Shown here in pieces: positions 1 through 13,886 of a stretch of 64,000 bases of DNA. The translations under genes and the position numbers were made by a program. The stretch's first letter is position 1, and every line of letters begins with the position of its first letter. This DNA comes from Laetmonice hystrix. Its lineage: Eukaryota. The stretch lies in assembly GCA_965235115.1 (NCBI GenBank), contig OZ249436.1, positions 15,812,001 through 15,876,000 on the forward strand, written 5' to 3'. The notes beneath the pieces are model-generated. The model was not told where the DNA came from, did no database searches, and worked only from the letters and a program-made list of their open reading frames with translations.

Positions 1-302
1 CAGTTTGACGCAAACGTGAAGCGACTTCCATGACTTAAAAACTACCAAGGAAATGCGACAAGACACCTTGCTTTAACTGTAAGCTGTGTAATTACTTCTC
101 TCAGTAATAAAAACAAATCCACCGAAACATTCGTGGATAAGGTGCCATAACTAAGAACGAACGTGTCTTATCTAAGAGTGGATGCATTTTGATTTTAGAT
201 GATGCCGAAAGAGCCCCGGGTTACCATATCATCAGTCTATGATGTCTCGTTTGCTTCAAAATTACGTCAACTCAGTTAAATGTTACATTGTCTACACTAA
301 CC

Positions 303-405
303 TACGGAGCCCCTCGAAATGATTTCGTGGGAACAAAATCACATAGTTCGCTACTTCGGAAAGATTTCGTGGGAATGAAATAACAGATTTCGTTCCCACG
401 AAATC
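303..405. repeat. Fragment with internal direct and inverted sub-repeats, probably a non-autonomous DNA transposon end
   Basis: gatttcgtgggaa at 321-333 and 363-375, with its reverse complement ttcccacgaaatc at 393-405; no partner terminus found. Confidence 0.35.
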
Positions 406-1126
406 AGTTCAAGTGAACAAAATAATATTTCCCTCCTTTGTTTAATATTTTCTGTAATTTCAGGTCGGCATTTCAATTCTTCAAAAACAATCGAAGATGC
501 GACTGACATTATGCAGGCTGTCTGATGCCTGAAGCCCTTCACAAATAGCTTTCTGTAGACTTCTATCGAATCTATATAAACAGACCCCAGGGGCATTTGT
601 GCGAAAGGATTTGCACTGTAGGCATTCAAAGGGACACGGTGATTTCAGGAATATTGGAATGTAGCTTTAGGTTACGACAAACATACATCACCTCTCGAAT
701 CTTGAACAGTATTGTGAGCAAGCCTTAATGTGATTAAGGCAGGGTTTCTCATGTTTAACAAGACATGATGGACCACGATGTGTGCTGTCTGCCCTGTACT
801 TTCATTTTGGTCTAATGGTCCCTGCAAAAACGTATCTCTCAGGTTAAACTTAAAGTGGCACTATTTCTTCGCCCCAGGAAGTTGACCCCTCCCATATGGA
901 TCCCCTGCACTTATCGTAATAAATTTGAGTGGAACCAACCCGATTTACTGTGAGAACCGACGATGTACCATGATAGTATCATGCCTGCGTCTCCGCGCCA
1001 TTTTGCCATGTTGCCTCGGCTGGGTAACGGGGGAATTCCGTCTATGCGCGCGCATAACCACGTGACTGCATCTACTTCCCGAGAGGAGCACGCGGAAAAT
1101 GGCGGACAGCGAAGAGGAGGTTAGGC

Positions 1127-1165
1127 CATTCGGAAAACCTCGGCCCAACTTCCGGTCGCTTCGCT
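1127..1165 (+). repeat. Dispersed repeat, copy 1
   Basis: 39-bp cattcggaaaacctcggcccaacttccggtcgcttcgct identical to 33941-33979, with weaker similarity continuing 3'. Confidence 0.85.
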
Positions 1166-3245
1166 GTAGTTGTGCTCGGACACCCCTCGACGCATTGATA
1201 TACATGGATTCCATGTATCGCCCCAGTGCGCAATGACACAAGACTGGCACAGGTAGTGAGATGCCGGCAAAAATTGAGTCCCTTATATATATAGTGGGTA
1301 GAGCCTCTATTAATGGTGTTAGTAAACTCATATAGACCAGATATCATTATAAAGTTGTTGTTACGTTAACAACTTTGACCAAACATAGATTAATCGAATA
1401 AAATGACCCGGCAACTTCGCGACAGCTCTGCAGGGCCGCACGGCTGGCTCCCGGTGGGGATAGCTAGGACGGCCCGGCGGTCCGCGGGCTCTGAGTCGCC
1501 CTGGCTCATAATATTGAACCACTTTGAGTATGGATTTGCCGTATTATTTACCTTGATTTGACTGGATTCAACACAAGGGTGTTCAACATAACGCTTAACA
1601 TGAGAGTCAAGTCGTCAAAATGAACCGTCACAATCGGCGTAAAATGAAAGAAGTCAAAGTTCAAACCGTCACAGAAAAACGGGTGTTACGATTCAACGGT
1701 GGCGTGTAACGGTTTGACAGGCTACCTTGATTCGATCCTCTTATCACACGGATCATACATGCTAAATAAGGGAATAGTCCACAAATTCGGTTTCAGTTTT
1801 TTGCCAACTAGTATTAACGAAGAAAGCCGTCTATTGACAGCACCACAGCCCTACACAGCCCAGACACTGGCCGTTGTTTACATGGGACGCTACGACAATA
1901 GTGCGCTGACCCCATCTGACCCAATATGGCGACCTCCGATTGGTATCCGAGTCTCTCTACATCGTAAAGGGCTCGGTGTTCCGAATGGAGGTTAGGCATG
2001 TTAGGGGAACGGGCTCCGGGCCCCCTACTGCGGTCCCTACACACACAGACACCCCCCACCCCGGCCCTCGCCACCTCGCCTGCCGAACGTGTCACTGAGT
2101 CACTGAGTGGCAGCCCGACGAACGGCGGTGCTCTGAGAGGGACGGTGGCGTCACGGTTCGCCCCGCGGGTGGGAAGGCTGCCGCTGGCACACACTCATTT
2201 TGAACTCGCGATTTTTCATGAACTACGCTACGCATCGTTATCAGACTTAGACTAGAGTCACCCACAACATAGAAATATTATATGCTAGTGTAAAGTTCGA
2301 GTAAATAGCACCCCTCCTTATGCGCGTGTTAACGGGCACCGGGGCCTCGGCAGCTCGGCTGAGTCGCGTAGCACAGAACGAGTAGCACACCGAGCACACT
2401 CCTCGCGTAGCAGACTCCTCTGGCAACCGTTTTAGTGTAGCCACTACAACAAGCCCCGTTTTCTCAGCAGAGGATGAGCGATGAATATTTTATCTTAGTA
2501 TATAGTCTATAGCCAATACTAGTACTAGTTTGCTCCTCCACGTACCGAGGTGCGAGCATCGACTGAAATGGCCCAGCGTGTGTTGCGGGGCGTGGGGCGG
2601 GGGGCATTCCCCGGAAGCGGCCTAGCGGGGTATTATGGGATGGTTGATGCAATGACGTCAGTCATAGCGCCACTTGTCGACAGCGGCAGATTTGAACTCA
2701 ACAACAATAACATGGACAGTGTTTACTCGGGACCCCGGCTGGAGCACACTTTCACGGTTTTCTCGACATTGCAGCGCCTGTGAGACATCATATTTCACAT
2801 GTGGGTACACATTGACTAACTGGAACGGGGGGAGAGTAACTTGGGGACCTTTAACTGATCAAATGACTCGACAACTGTAACATACCGTATTTTATAGGTC
2901 AGCTCAAACAATTTTCAGATTATTCGATGATCTATCGAACTACTTTTGCGATATGCACGAAGATTTCCATCTGGAACCTGTAAATTAGGTCTGATCCAAT
3001 TCCTTAACGAGACGCCGCCTTCTTTTAGCAGGAACGTGGAATATCAAATGAACCTTTTAGGGTCGGATTAGTAATTTTGTACCTCACGTCTAATTACCTG
3101 AACCACAAGGTTTTTAGGCTTTAAGAGATACATTATGAGATCCGGTTTGCGTTGTCCCAACCTGATAGCATATAGAGAGATGAAAAAACTATCATAAACG
3201 ATGAGGGTCATGTTTCCACAGCCAGTAAACACCATTGCAGCTTTA

Positions 3246-3398
3246 GTTATTACAAATGGAAATTACGGTTATTACAAATGGAAATTACTGTTATTACAAA
3301 TGGAAGTTACGGCTATTACAAATGGAAAGTACGGTTATTACAAATGGAAATTACGGCTATTACAAATGGAAATTGCGGTTATTACAAATGGAAATTAC
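3246..3398. repeat. Minisatellite, 22-bp unit, ~7 copies
   Basis: Unit gttattacaaatggaaattacg; explains repetitive ORFs 3201-3458 and 3256-3480. Confidence 0.95.
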
Positions 3399-6300
3399 AT
3401 ACAAGAATTACAGAATAGAATTTGTATTCCTGGAAACTACCACGCTACATCTCTTTAAATCTCCTTTTCGCGAGAGTTAAATGGATTCCAGAGACCACGA
3501 TACACTTTGATATTACTCACTTCGATTTGCCGAGACTCACACAACCTACTTCTTACGTTGTTTTGCTGAGACACACAGATAGTACTTCTCACGTCAATTT
3601 GCTGAGACACACAGGCATAGCCGACTTCTTAGAGGTCGATCCACATAATGAAGGGACGTGCATCTATAGTTTCTATATTAAGCTACATGATTTCGAACAC
3701 GCATTGGTTGCGGTTGCCTAATTACGGTGACCCAAGTCCCCTCTCGTACATGGTATGAGTTTCTGGTCACAGCACGGTACTTTCCTTCATCACTGACACC
3801 GACTTTAAAAACCCTGTGTACCAAGGACTGTGCTGCAAGACTAATAGAAACGTTACTTAAAGCAAAACTTTATACAATCACATTGCAAAATGGAATTTTT
3901 GTGTCCATATTTTTAAGTAGATGAGAAATCAGTGGCTCTTAGAGATGATAAAATAATTTCTCTCATGACACAATCAGGGGACTAATGTATTAATCTTTAA
4001 TTGTCCAACATCAGATGGTGAGACCACCAGCGTGGAGGTGAATGGAGAGATATCCCGTCACAAGGTATATGATGTGACTTTTGTTCTTTTATTAAATCTC
4101 CGTGATCTTAATGCGTCAGCTATACAGGTATTTTAATGATTTTTACTTTTAAAAAGTACCAAAACTAGTTTCATGGAAGCCAACGACTTTCGATAACAGT
4201 TGACGATTGTTATCAGGAGAAAAAGACAAGCAGATTACATCGGGTTCTCTCGATCAATAGTCTTCGGATGTCAGGAGGACTCAGCAAAACTTAATAATTG
4301 GTCCTGCATTATTTCTTTATCTGTAGACCATGTCGAAGAATGCATTACTTATATTTGCCACGGACTACATGGTAATGTTTCTTGAGGGTACCAATCGTCT
4401 GGAGCAGCCGGAGAGATTTCTTGGAAATGCAATACTGCTGTTCCTTATACAAGTTTACCTTGCATACGAGAAGTGAACGAATCAATCACTCGTGTCCTAC
4501 AAGGGGATCGTACAAGCGGAATTATTACACTAGCAGTGAGAGACACGATTCTAAGGTGCCTCTAACGGTCTGGGGAAGGAGAGTTTCCGCAGTCCACCTG
4601 GGTGGACTTTCCTATCGGTGGATATTGACAGTCGTCCTCTTAGCGCAGCTACTTCCAATTGATGCGCTGGAATGCACCTTGCCCTTTCCGGCAACCTCTA
4701 AAGGACTTGAGGGACTTCTATCACGACTGCGGCGTAGAGAAGTTACCTCTATTGAGAAACGGTGTTATTACTACCATGTCATTACCCAGCATGGCAATTT
4801 CAAATGATTCCAACTGCTTGCTAACGTTACCATCCCTTGGCCTTTCCCACTAGATTCTGTAGCACCAAGAGCTTGTTGGGAGTTTGTTCACCCGTGCCTT
4901 GAATAAAACCACCAGTCGTCTTGTCTTCTGAAGGAACATGGTTTTTACGTCGAGGAATTTAGAGGCGCTTATGGATGAGGCATTTTATACCAGGTCGAAT
5001 CGACTTATGGGCAGAATCAGAAGCCCCTCAAACTTTATCTAGCTTGTGTAAAAGCACATGCTACATAGTAAAAGACAAATATTAATTAGGCCTAGCAAAA
5101 TGACGACGCGGTAGAAACTTGCTGTGAATCTTACTTTAAACGCACTTTGAAATTTTGCCATTTGAACTGTAACGTGAACATAGCTGCAAAAGAATGTATA
5201 GGCTAGTGTGAACTCAGGCGGATTCTTCAAAACTCTGACGGATTTATATTCTACCCCTAAAACTATGAGTTAGACAGCATTCGATCGACCCTCTCGGAAT
5301 CCTTTTACTAAACTTTAGCTTAGTAACAAGCACTGCTCTAACGAAGCGCTCATCTCTTTCCTGCTGGAGCGACACGCAACTCGACCCAAACGGTGACTGT
5401 GGAATAATATAATTAAGAAGGCAAATACAGAGCAAAAACGTCTGACCACAGCCATAGCTGATACGGGATCAATTTACAAGTTGTACTCATGAGATAATAT
5501 TTGGCTCATGGATTCTCCTTCCTTCCTGTGAATGGGATTTGGAGCTTCGAAAAGCGTTTTGTCGTGCACCGACTCGGCGTGAATACCAATTTTTTGGTCT
5601 CCAAAATACGTTAGGACGTCGTGTTCGGCAAACAGACGGCACGTGTCAGTAGTTTGTCGCATACATCAATATTATCGAGCGGTCGGGTCGGTGGCGGGCA
5701 AACTGACCTAGGCGAACCAGCCGAACCATGGGGTGGCAAATGGCCACTGGGCCACCGACCATCTACTAGAAAGCGATGACATAGACTTTGCCATACCATT
5801 AATATCTTTAGTACATTAATATCCGTATTAGATGTTTGAAGATGCCGACTAGAACTTTCAGAAGGGGGTTGGAGATTAGATTCACACCTATTAGAGGGAG
5901 GGATTTAGCTGATGTACAAGTTGTAGATGCGCTGTCAGAGCTGCCCGCTCATCCATCTTAATTGTCCTTTCATCAATCTATATATCGGCTTAAGTAGTTG
6001 TCCATCTTTGTTAATGAACTACGCGTATCCTCACTCAGTGCTTTAAGACTTTTTTAACGTAAAAGTCTCTTTAATGACCGTCATATCTACCTAGGTTCTC
6101 TGTTTTAGTAAAAGATAATTACCCTCCTAATTTCTGGTCTCTTACGGTAACGCTGTTCATGTAAAGAGAAAGCTAAGTGTGGTGAATGAATAGGTATCAA
6201 TAGGTGGTCCCTACTTTGTTACAACTGAGGACGTACATCATTTTGTCAGCATGTAAGACACATGATTGATCATGAGGATGTCGTATAGGTAATGGCATCC

Positions 6301-7132
6301 ATTGGCTGGGCTGTCTACCTGCTTAAACACGCGCCGTGTGAATACTGCTCACTTAGAATCGTTGATTGCATAGAATATACACGCTCCTGACATGGCAAGC
6401 CTTTGTCCTGTCCCGGAGGCACAGATCAATACTGGGCAAATTACAAGCTTCAAGAGGTGGAGTGCCTGGCTTCTTGTTTTGAAGACTGAATTACTTTTTT
6501 TTCTATTTCTTGCTCTTTTTTTTTTATTAGGCATCGTTATTTCTGATCGAACTACTGTTATTCAAATAATATATTAAAAGGATCTGCTAATGCTACAGAA
6601 AATGAATTTATAATACATAAAACATGTTTTTATCATGTTATATATGTCTGTTCCATTGGTCTTTGAGGATACTTTTAAAAAGTTTTAATCATCAAGTACA
6701 TCATCAGTGATGATGTTTGATGATTAAGTACATCAGTAAATATAGTGGCCATTACTAAATATCACTTATTTCTGATTATCTGATTCACGGACACCATGGT
6801 ACTGTCATCAGACAGAGATTTATTGTGGACACCCAATTAGATTTGGTAATATCTGAAAACAGAGAAAAGGACATCGGTAAGCCGTTTGTTCTCAGTATAT
6901 GACAAAGCCTTGATAACACGAAACATAGAAAGAGAAACAAAAATAGCTTGGTAGAAACAGCTGTACGAAATGAGGAACCTCCTGTAGGATAGTTTACCTT
7001 CTTTTTGGTGGAGGTTCTTTTATTACAGAAATGCTTCCACAATTGGACATTTCTAAACATGTATCGAGAGATGGCCAAGAGGACGAGTCAGAATGAGTGC
7101 ATACGATCGTGCCAAGGGAGAAAATACTCTAT

Positions 7133-7545
7133 AACGGTAAACTGACCGTTTAATATCCCCTGGTGGGGACTACGGTAAACTGGCCGTTTAATATCCCATG
7201 GTGGGGACTACGGTAAACTTGCCGTTTAATATCCCCTGGTGGGGACTCCGGTAAACTGGCCGTTTAATATCCCCTGGTTGGGAATACGGTAAACTGGCCG
7301 TTTAATATCCCCTGGTGGGGACTACGGTAAACTGGCCGTTTAATATCCCCTGGTTGGGAATACGGTAAACTGGCCGTTTAATATCCCCTGGTGGGGACTA
7401 CGATAAACTGGCCGTTTAATATCCCCTGGTGGGGAATACGGTAAACTGGCCGTTTAATATCCGCTGGTGGGGAATACGGTAAACTGGCCGTTTGATATTT
7501 CTGCTGAGGAATACGGTATACTGGTCATATAATATCCCCTGCTGG
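7133..7545. repeat. Minisatellite, 38-bp unit, ~11 copies, degenerating 3'
   Basis: Unit acggtaaactggccgtttaatatcccctggtggggact, head-to-tail with no spacers. Confidence 0.95.
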
Positions 7546-8403
7546 AAAGTCGGAATTATTGCGTGCGCCTCGAGCAATCAGAAATGGGACTTTTTTTACC
7601 TGATCTGTGATAATAGTCTTTTTATTGACAAAACGTACATCATGACACACCACAGGCTTTGGGTGGCGATCTGTAGCTTGATTAAGCTTTCAACTTGCCT
7701 TGGGCAACAGGGCAGAAAGTTTGGTCGTGTGAAATACTACATCATAGAGATTAATCTGAGATTTGGTCTTGTGCGATTGTATCCTTCCCTGAAGCAATTT
7801 GTGTTAGATTGTTTCCATTTACATAGACAGCAATGTTTGTGATGTATCCTGTAGAAGTACAGCTAGTTTCTGTAATGAACAGATAGCATTAGATGACCTG
7901 TGAACATATAACGTCCCGTGGGTATACCTAAAGAACTACTCGACAATCGATCAAACTACAGCAAGAGCACTCAAAATCTGTGTCCCACTCCAGAAAATGC
8001 TTTGGTGTAATTGCATCAATTCCTTTTTTTTCGTTCTTCCGAAATGGAAGGTTTTTAAATCATAGGTTAGTACCCGTTTATACACAGTATAAAAACACAC
8101 AATTGCCGCATAGAAAATAAAGGGTTTACTCATCGAGACACGACCGTACTATAACAGCTACACCAACTCACTCAGAAAGAAATAATAGTTCCTGTAATGT
8201 TCCTTATTGCAAAAAAAAATTGAGGTAAATAAAGCTGGATCATGGGCCTGACTATTAATTTCTCTAATTATCATTATTACTTACACAGGGTGGTCCAGAT
8301 AAAACTGACACTTTTAAAACAGTTGTATTTTCCAGAGGAATTAACATTTTCATTCCATTTTCAAGTGAGCCATAGAGTATAGCTACAAGTTTCACCTGAC
8401 GCT

Positions 8404-8975
8404 ATGATGGACGCTTAGTATCAGTTTTCAGTTCAGGAGCGGACCAAAATAATTGAACTTTACATTGCAATAAAATCAGTCGTTCTCATCCAGAGGCAAT
8501 TTCGTCCCGAATTTCCAGGAAGAAAAAACCCACACCGCAACACGACCAACCGCAGGGTACAGAGACACTGGTAGTGTGGCAAACAAGGCTGACAGTGGTG
8601 CACATTTTGACTGCCAGAACCCCAGCACGTGTTCAGGACGTCAGGACTCATTTAGAACAGTCACCACGAAAGTCCACCAGACGGCTGGCACAGGAAGTGG
8701 AGATATCCAGGAGTTCTGTTATGTGCGTAATTCATGCTGTGGAGCTGCTTTATTCCGGCCTTAAGGTGGAAGAGAGTGGTTGATATGAACACAGTTGTGG
8801 CACAAACATGATGGTGCGCCCCCTTACTGCTCAAACCTCACTCTTCAGTACCTGAGACGGTACTTTTCAGGGGACTGGCAAATTTCGCAGAGGACGAACA
8901 ACCCACGGTCCCCACCTTCCCCCTATCTCAACCCCCCCCCCCCCCCACCCAGACTACTTCCTCTGGGATTACTTG
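8404..8975 (+). pseudogene. Tc1/mariner-type transposase pseudogene (N-terminal HTH region plus part of the catalytic domain)
   Basis: Fragments in shifting frames: FSVQERTKIIELYIAIKSVVLIQRQFRPEFPGRKNP, YRDTGSV, RTPARVQDVRTHLEQSPRKSTRRLAQEVEISRSSV, WHKHDGAPPY (cf. WFQQDGAPPH), PPSPYLNPP..DYFLWDYL (cf. WPPRSPDLNPLDFFLWGYL); stops, frameshifts, and the first catalytic Asp region missing. Confidence 0.88.
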
Positions 8976-9056
8976 AGCCAGGACAACCCTGACACAATCG
9001 TGAGACCGCATGAAAACATCAGGAGAGAAATCAAAAGGTGTGGGGAAAAAAAGACA

Positions 9057-9218
9057 TTTTGAAAATGCTTTTTACAGTAAAAAGTTACAGTTGTATCCCA
9101 CCCCTGGCAGTTTTGAAAATGCTTTTTACAGTAAAAAGTTATAGTTGTATCCCACCCCTGGCAGTTTTGAAAATGCTTTTTACAGTAAAAAGTTATAGTT
9201 GTATCCCACCCCTGGCAG
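9057..9218. repeat. 54-bp tandem triplication inside the mariner element
   Basis: ttttgaaaatgctttttacagtaaaaagttatagttgtatcccacccctggcag starting at 9057, 9111 and 9165. Confidence 0.95.
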
Positions 9219-12200
9219 AAAAATATTTTAAAATCTGCCACATTTGTAGAAATTATGACAGAATAAAATGTGTCAGTTTTTTCTAGACCACCCTTATACG
9301 GTAAGGTCTGTTGTAAATTCTGTTTGCATGCAGGTGTTGCAAATGAAGTAAAACTGCACGGTCTCCAATGAACCTGATTTTTTTCATATTTAGAGACACA
9401 ATAATGCCTTCGGTTGAAGCGAGCCGAGCTCAAAGGCGTACAAACCCTTTTCTTTGGGGATTTCTGGCCCCGTGTTGTCGTTAATCCGCAGTCTGTATTG
9501 CCCCATCGCCTCGAACCTTAGCCACCTCTCGCTCTTGTCTGCTGAAAGGCAGCATGGCGGAGGAAGGTAACAGTACTACTATTGGCTGCCGTCCACGCCC
9601 ACTCCTGGGTCTGTCGCAGTTCATTACTGTCACCTCGGGCCCGGGTGCGTATGATCAATGTTGTGGCCCGTTTTCCGCTGTAACCGCCACCGAGGCGCCC
9701 AGAGCCCGCTCAGTATCGCCAACGGTTCCACGACCGGGCAAAGGCCAAATCTCTGCCGGCAATCTGTGTTTGCTTGACCACCCATGTAACACTGAGTGAC
9801 CGTCGACAGACGTGGATCACACCTTCAATACACCAATAGATGGATGGAGGCAGTGATGCCAAGATGTAATATTGGGGGGTCCAGCGCGTCGCGTTATACC
9901 GAACACATTGTTTTCTGAAATTAAAACGTTCCACAAAATGATAAATTAAAGAGGTCCTAGTGTAATGCGGTAAGGAAGGCCCTTCATCGCCGAAATTTGA
10001 ATCGCAGAATCCTTTCCCTTACGCTGTCCTTTATTCTTATCTTTAATACTTTAGAAGTGGATTTTTTTCTAAATCTGGATGAACTTAATGTATTACTACG
10101 TCTGATGTCGGCTGAGAACAAAAACATAGGATGAATGGTAATCTCTGAGGTCAGGATTAAACCAGATAATCTCCTTGCAATATTATCCGTGTGATGGCGG
10201 AGCGAAGATGAGCAAGGAAAGATAAATGCACAGTACTTAAACAGCCTCAGAGCTTGGATCCCCATGAATGCCGTTGCTTACACACGAGATGGGTGTGAAA
10301 GTCGTTATTGGTGAGCGCACGGGCCACCACCACCTTCGCTGATAGACGAGACGGTCAGAGCAGGTTGACTGAGTTATACCAAAAAGGGTCTGATTTATGC
10401 ATGAATTGTTAGGTACTGAGCTCTTAAAACCTTACTGCCCAGGTGGTATATTATACGCCCTTTGTAGGTATATTTTGTGAGAAAGTGCTCAAAATAATGT
10501 CTGTATCGTATTACACTTTTGATCAATACTGAAGAATATTACAGGGTATACTTGCGATATAAGGAAATACGCCTATCGACATTATGCATTATGGTATTTT
10601 CATCACGTATAATTATATGACAATAATAAACTGATCCCCTCGTCCCCAACATTTCGATCCGTGACTGCGACGGGACTTCGAAAACAGTTCTACATTCCTC
10701 TACGTAAATGTAATTCTCCGGCAGTTTCCCAAGTGATTCCACTCCGACATCAACTTCACATTGACGGGGCACCTTCCATCCTGTCCAAAGCCTCTTGTAA
10801 AGCCAATTAAATCCGCCTGCTTATATCACTTTTTAAGGTGTATAGGCCCACAGAGTTACTCACTCAGACTGCTTTAATGCCTTACGGACAAGTACACTGT
10901 AGTCCCTATAATGTGAGGTTTGGCCTGATGCAGTAATCCAGGCAGCATAGAGTCGAGGTGGCGCTATAGACGGGGATCTGTAAGGTTCCAACCGAACAAG
11001 GGGTCGCAGTAATTCCTTCATTTTCTCTCAGTATAATATAGCCTCAAATCTTTCATTCTTATCCGTCTATTTTTTTTAATTTTACTGTCGTGTTTAGTTG
11101 AAATCTGATCATTTTATATTAACGCACAAGCTGAAGAGGCTTCTTTTGGGAGGTCTCGATACATGCCCTTCTCCTACTATTTCAGAATACGTACGAATAA
11201 AGCACAGTTTTAGATCTACATGCACTTTTAAACGTTTTTAGAATGGGTATGTCGCCTTAAGCTCCTTAAATGCCTTGAAATAATTAATTTGGTTGTTTCG
11301 AACCCAGTCGTGATACTGTAAGGCATTTGTACCAACTTTAAGTGGATTGAATCTACTGCCTGTCACATATTCCCAAGTAAGCCACTGACGGTAAAGAGCC
11401 TCCTCTAGCCAATATTTAATATGCTTATCGTCCATGACCGGGCTCTTCTCATTAAGTAACCATCGCGTGCCTTCACAGAGAAGGGGCTCCTGAGTCAAGG
11501 TCTAGAAGATAGTATGGCGGTGAAGAGAAGACATTGACTTTTCCAATTATAAAAACGGTCTCCTTGGGCCGTGTCGACAATTTGAGACAAACACTATACG
11601 GTGTTGTTATTATAAAGTAATGACGCACTATTACTCAGCAAAATACCCGTCAACAAACATCATTTTTGAACAGGAGACCCACTGCATGCGAACAAGATCT
11701 TTAACAACTAAATAACGGAGGGCTGTGTACACGGATTATCAAACCGTGTGGACAACCCCTTGCACCCGTAATCTGTAAATGAGGACACGTACCAATCAAG
11801 GACACCGCAAACAGTCTCAAACGAGATGTGTGTTGTAGTAATTTGGCATGAACCCCGTCCGTGGTCAGATTACCTATAATTGTCGGTTTTCCTCTGTGTG
11901 CTGCTCCCGTTTCGGGGATACAATTGTTTTACCTGGTTGTTGTCTGCTATATAGGGCTGTCCATTTGTCGCTATGTCGCATATTGGAGAGACAACAACAA
12001 CGCCAATGCAACAAGGACAAGAAATCTGTTTCTAAAAAACAGGGTGTTGTTTTAATAGGTTACAAAATGGAACCTTCTATTTGGAGTTTAATACAAAGCT
12101 GTTTGAGAGATTTTATGACATGAGGTAGTGTGTGTGAAAGTAAGACGTGAATTGATTTTAGCCCGAGCAAACTGTACGACTGTGACATCGACTGACCATT

Positions 12201-12487
12201 TTACAGGTTTCGATTATATTTGTTTTCAAATTCTGCAGCCTTTGCTGTAGTCTAGTGTCATCGTACTACCATCAACTTGCCGGTTTACTGATTGGCCTTC
12301 GCTTGACCACGTTTGAATCTTTACATTCTTTTGTTTTGCATTGTTGTGACATTTTTGCAATGTCTTTTATACAGACCACCAACTTCACCGGTTTGATTTG
12401 TAATGCCGGCCTTTCCCTCGGCCATGTCTGGCTAATCTGTTTAATTTGGTGGCATCGTTTAACATTTCACAGGTTTGATGTTTAACC

Positions 12488-13886
12488 TTTATTATCCACC
12501 CCCCCCCCAAAGGGGGAAATGGGATTATGAAATTACTTGGTTTCGTCTACACTATTCTTCTTCTTCTTCTTCTTCTTCTTCTGATTATTGGTGTAGTAAG
12601 ACTTTTGCTGCATCTCGGTTATCTATGGAGGTATCGTCATGAAACTTGCAGGGAACAGTGATCATCCACTAAAATGATCAGCTATTGACTGATTACGTCA
12701 TTTGACGTCACGTCAATGACTTATGACGTGTTAAAGTTTCTCAAAGGAGGGCTCATTTCCTGAATTTCTGGAAAAGTAGGAGCAATCTCCATGACAGCAA
12801 AGAGTGTACACTCTTTGATGACAGTTAATAGGCACTTAGGCATTAATCGTTATGCACCTGAATTTGACCTCTGACCTTTGACCTTTGTGAGATCTAGGTC
12901 AAAGATGTTAAACAGCTTGAATTGCATCTCCTCCCTTGATATTTGGAAATATGTAGGCAAAGTGTGTCTGAAGAGTCTCATAAGGTGGCTCTTTATGGGG
13001 ACGTTTAGAAATCAAGAATTTGACTTATCTTAAGAGTCACGAACGTGACTTTGAAATTTGGCACTTTTGGCACTTTTTGCTAAAATTGCTTCAACGAGAT
13101 AGGAATCATATATTTGGTCACTAGATGTGTGCTCCTATTAAAGATTGGTCACTTTGCATAATTTTTTTGCATAAATTTACCAATATGTTTTTATTTATGA
13201 TGGAATATGTAATCCGACTTTGACAGTCTCTATCTTGAAACGTGTGTATGATAGCCATCTACAAATATAATAGTTACAAAGTGTATAGATTCAGGTATAC
13301 CACCGATTGTTTAGTTCTTTTCTTGGAAAGGTAATGTGGCCATAATTGTAAGTTTTAATGGGTATAGTCTCCACAATAATATTTTTACCCTCCGACGGTT
13401 AGCATCTCCGAATACACAAACCGCCTGCTGTGAGGCCGGCCGCCTCTCCCAGCCGGGTGTTGGCAGCGTTACGTAGCTGCAGCTAAGGTCGGGGTCGGCG
13501 GCGACTCCCCCATTTGTGCCAGTCAGGGTGGGTTGATGGACCCTTGCTGGGAAGACTTAATTGAATATATAACCGAGTGTAACTGTCTAAGATATCATAT
13601 TCTTGAATCTTATATTGGAAGAGTATATTATATTCTTGAATCTTATATTGGAGGAGAGTGGAATAAAAGATTAGGCCTATATTAAGCGGTCTTCTTGAAG
13701 TTACAAGAGAACTCTTGGCCAGCTCTGCCCTTGGTTGAGTGAGCCAGCAGGTTGGTGTGGATGGTTCCACAGTTGGCTGAATCACAGGACAGTCAAATTA
13801 AAGTAGAGAAAAATGTAGGTAATGATAGAAAACCATTGGGGAAATGGGATCCTACCTGTATTGCGTGGCAATCAGAGTTTCTAGTT
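12488..13886 (+). mobile_element. Helentron-associated non-autonomous element (HINE/DINE-1-like rolling-circle element)
   Basis: T-rich start, then a C-run/G-run inverted sub-terminal repeat; ggggaaatgggat at both 12513-12525 and 13838-13850; (ttc)n microsatellite near the 5' end; tgacct sub-repeats; 3' hairpin attgc-gtg-gcaat (13860-13872) then ttctagtt; no TSD. Confidence 0.65.

Larger units (their letters stand above)
8286..9295 (+). mobile_element. Internally deleted, decayed IS630-Tc1-mariner DNA transposon
   Basis: Imperfect TIRs: left cagggtggtccagataaaactgacac, right gtgtcagttttttctagaccaccct followed by tata; encloses transposase remnants. Confidence 0.9.

Noticed and set aside
7133..7545. 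CRISPR-like array (also considered for 26602-26804 and 55693-56283)
   Set aside because: Units are contiguous with no unique spacers, there are no cas genes, and the context is eukaryotic
11131..11165. Possible hammerhead ribozyme (ctgaaga...cgatac)
   Set aside because: The conserved GAAA is absent and no convincing stems I and III were found
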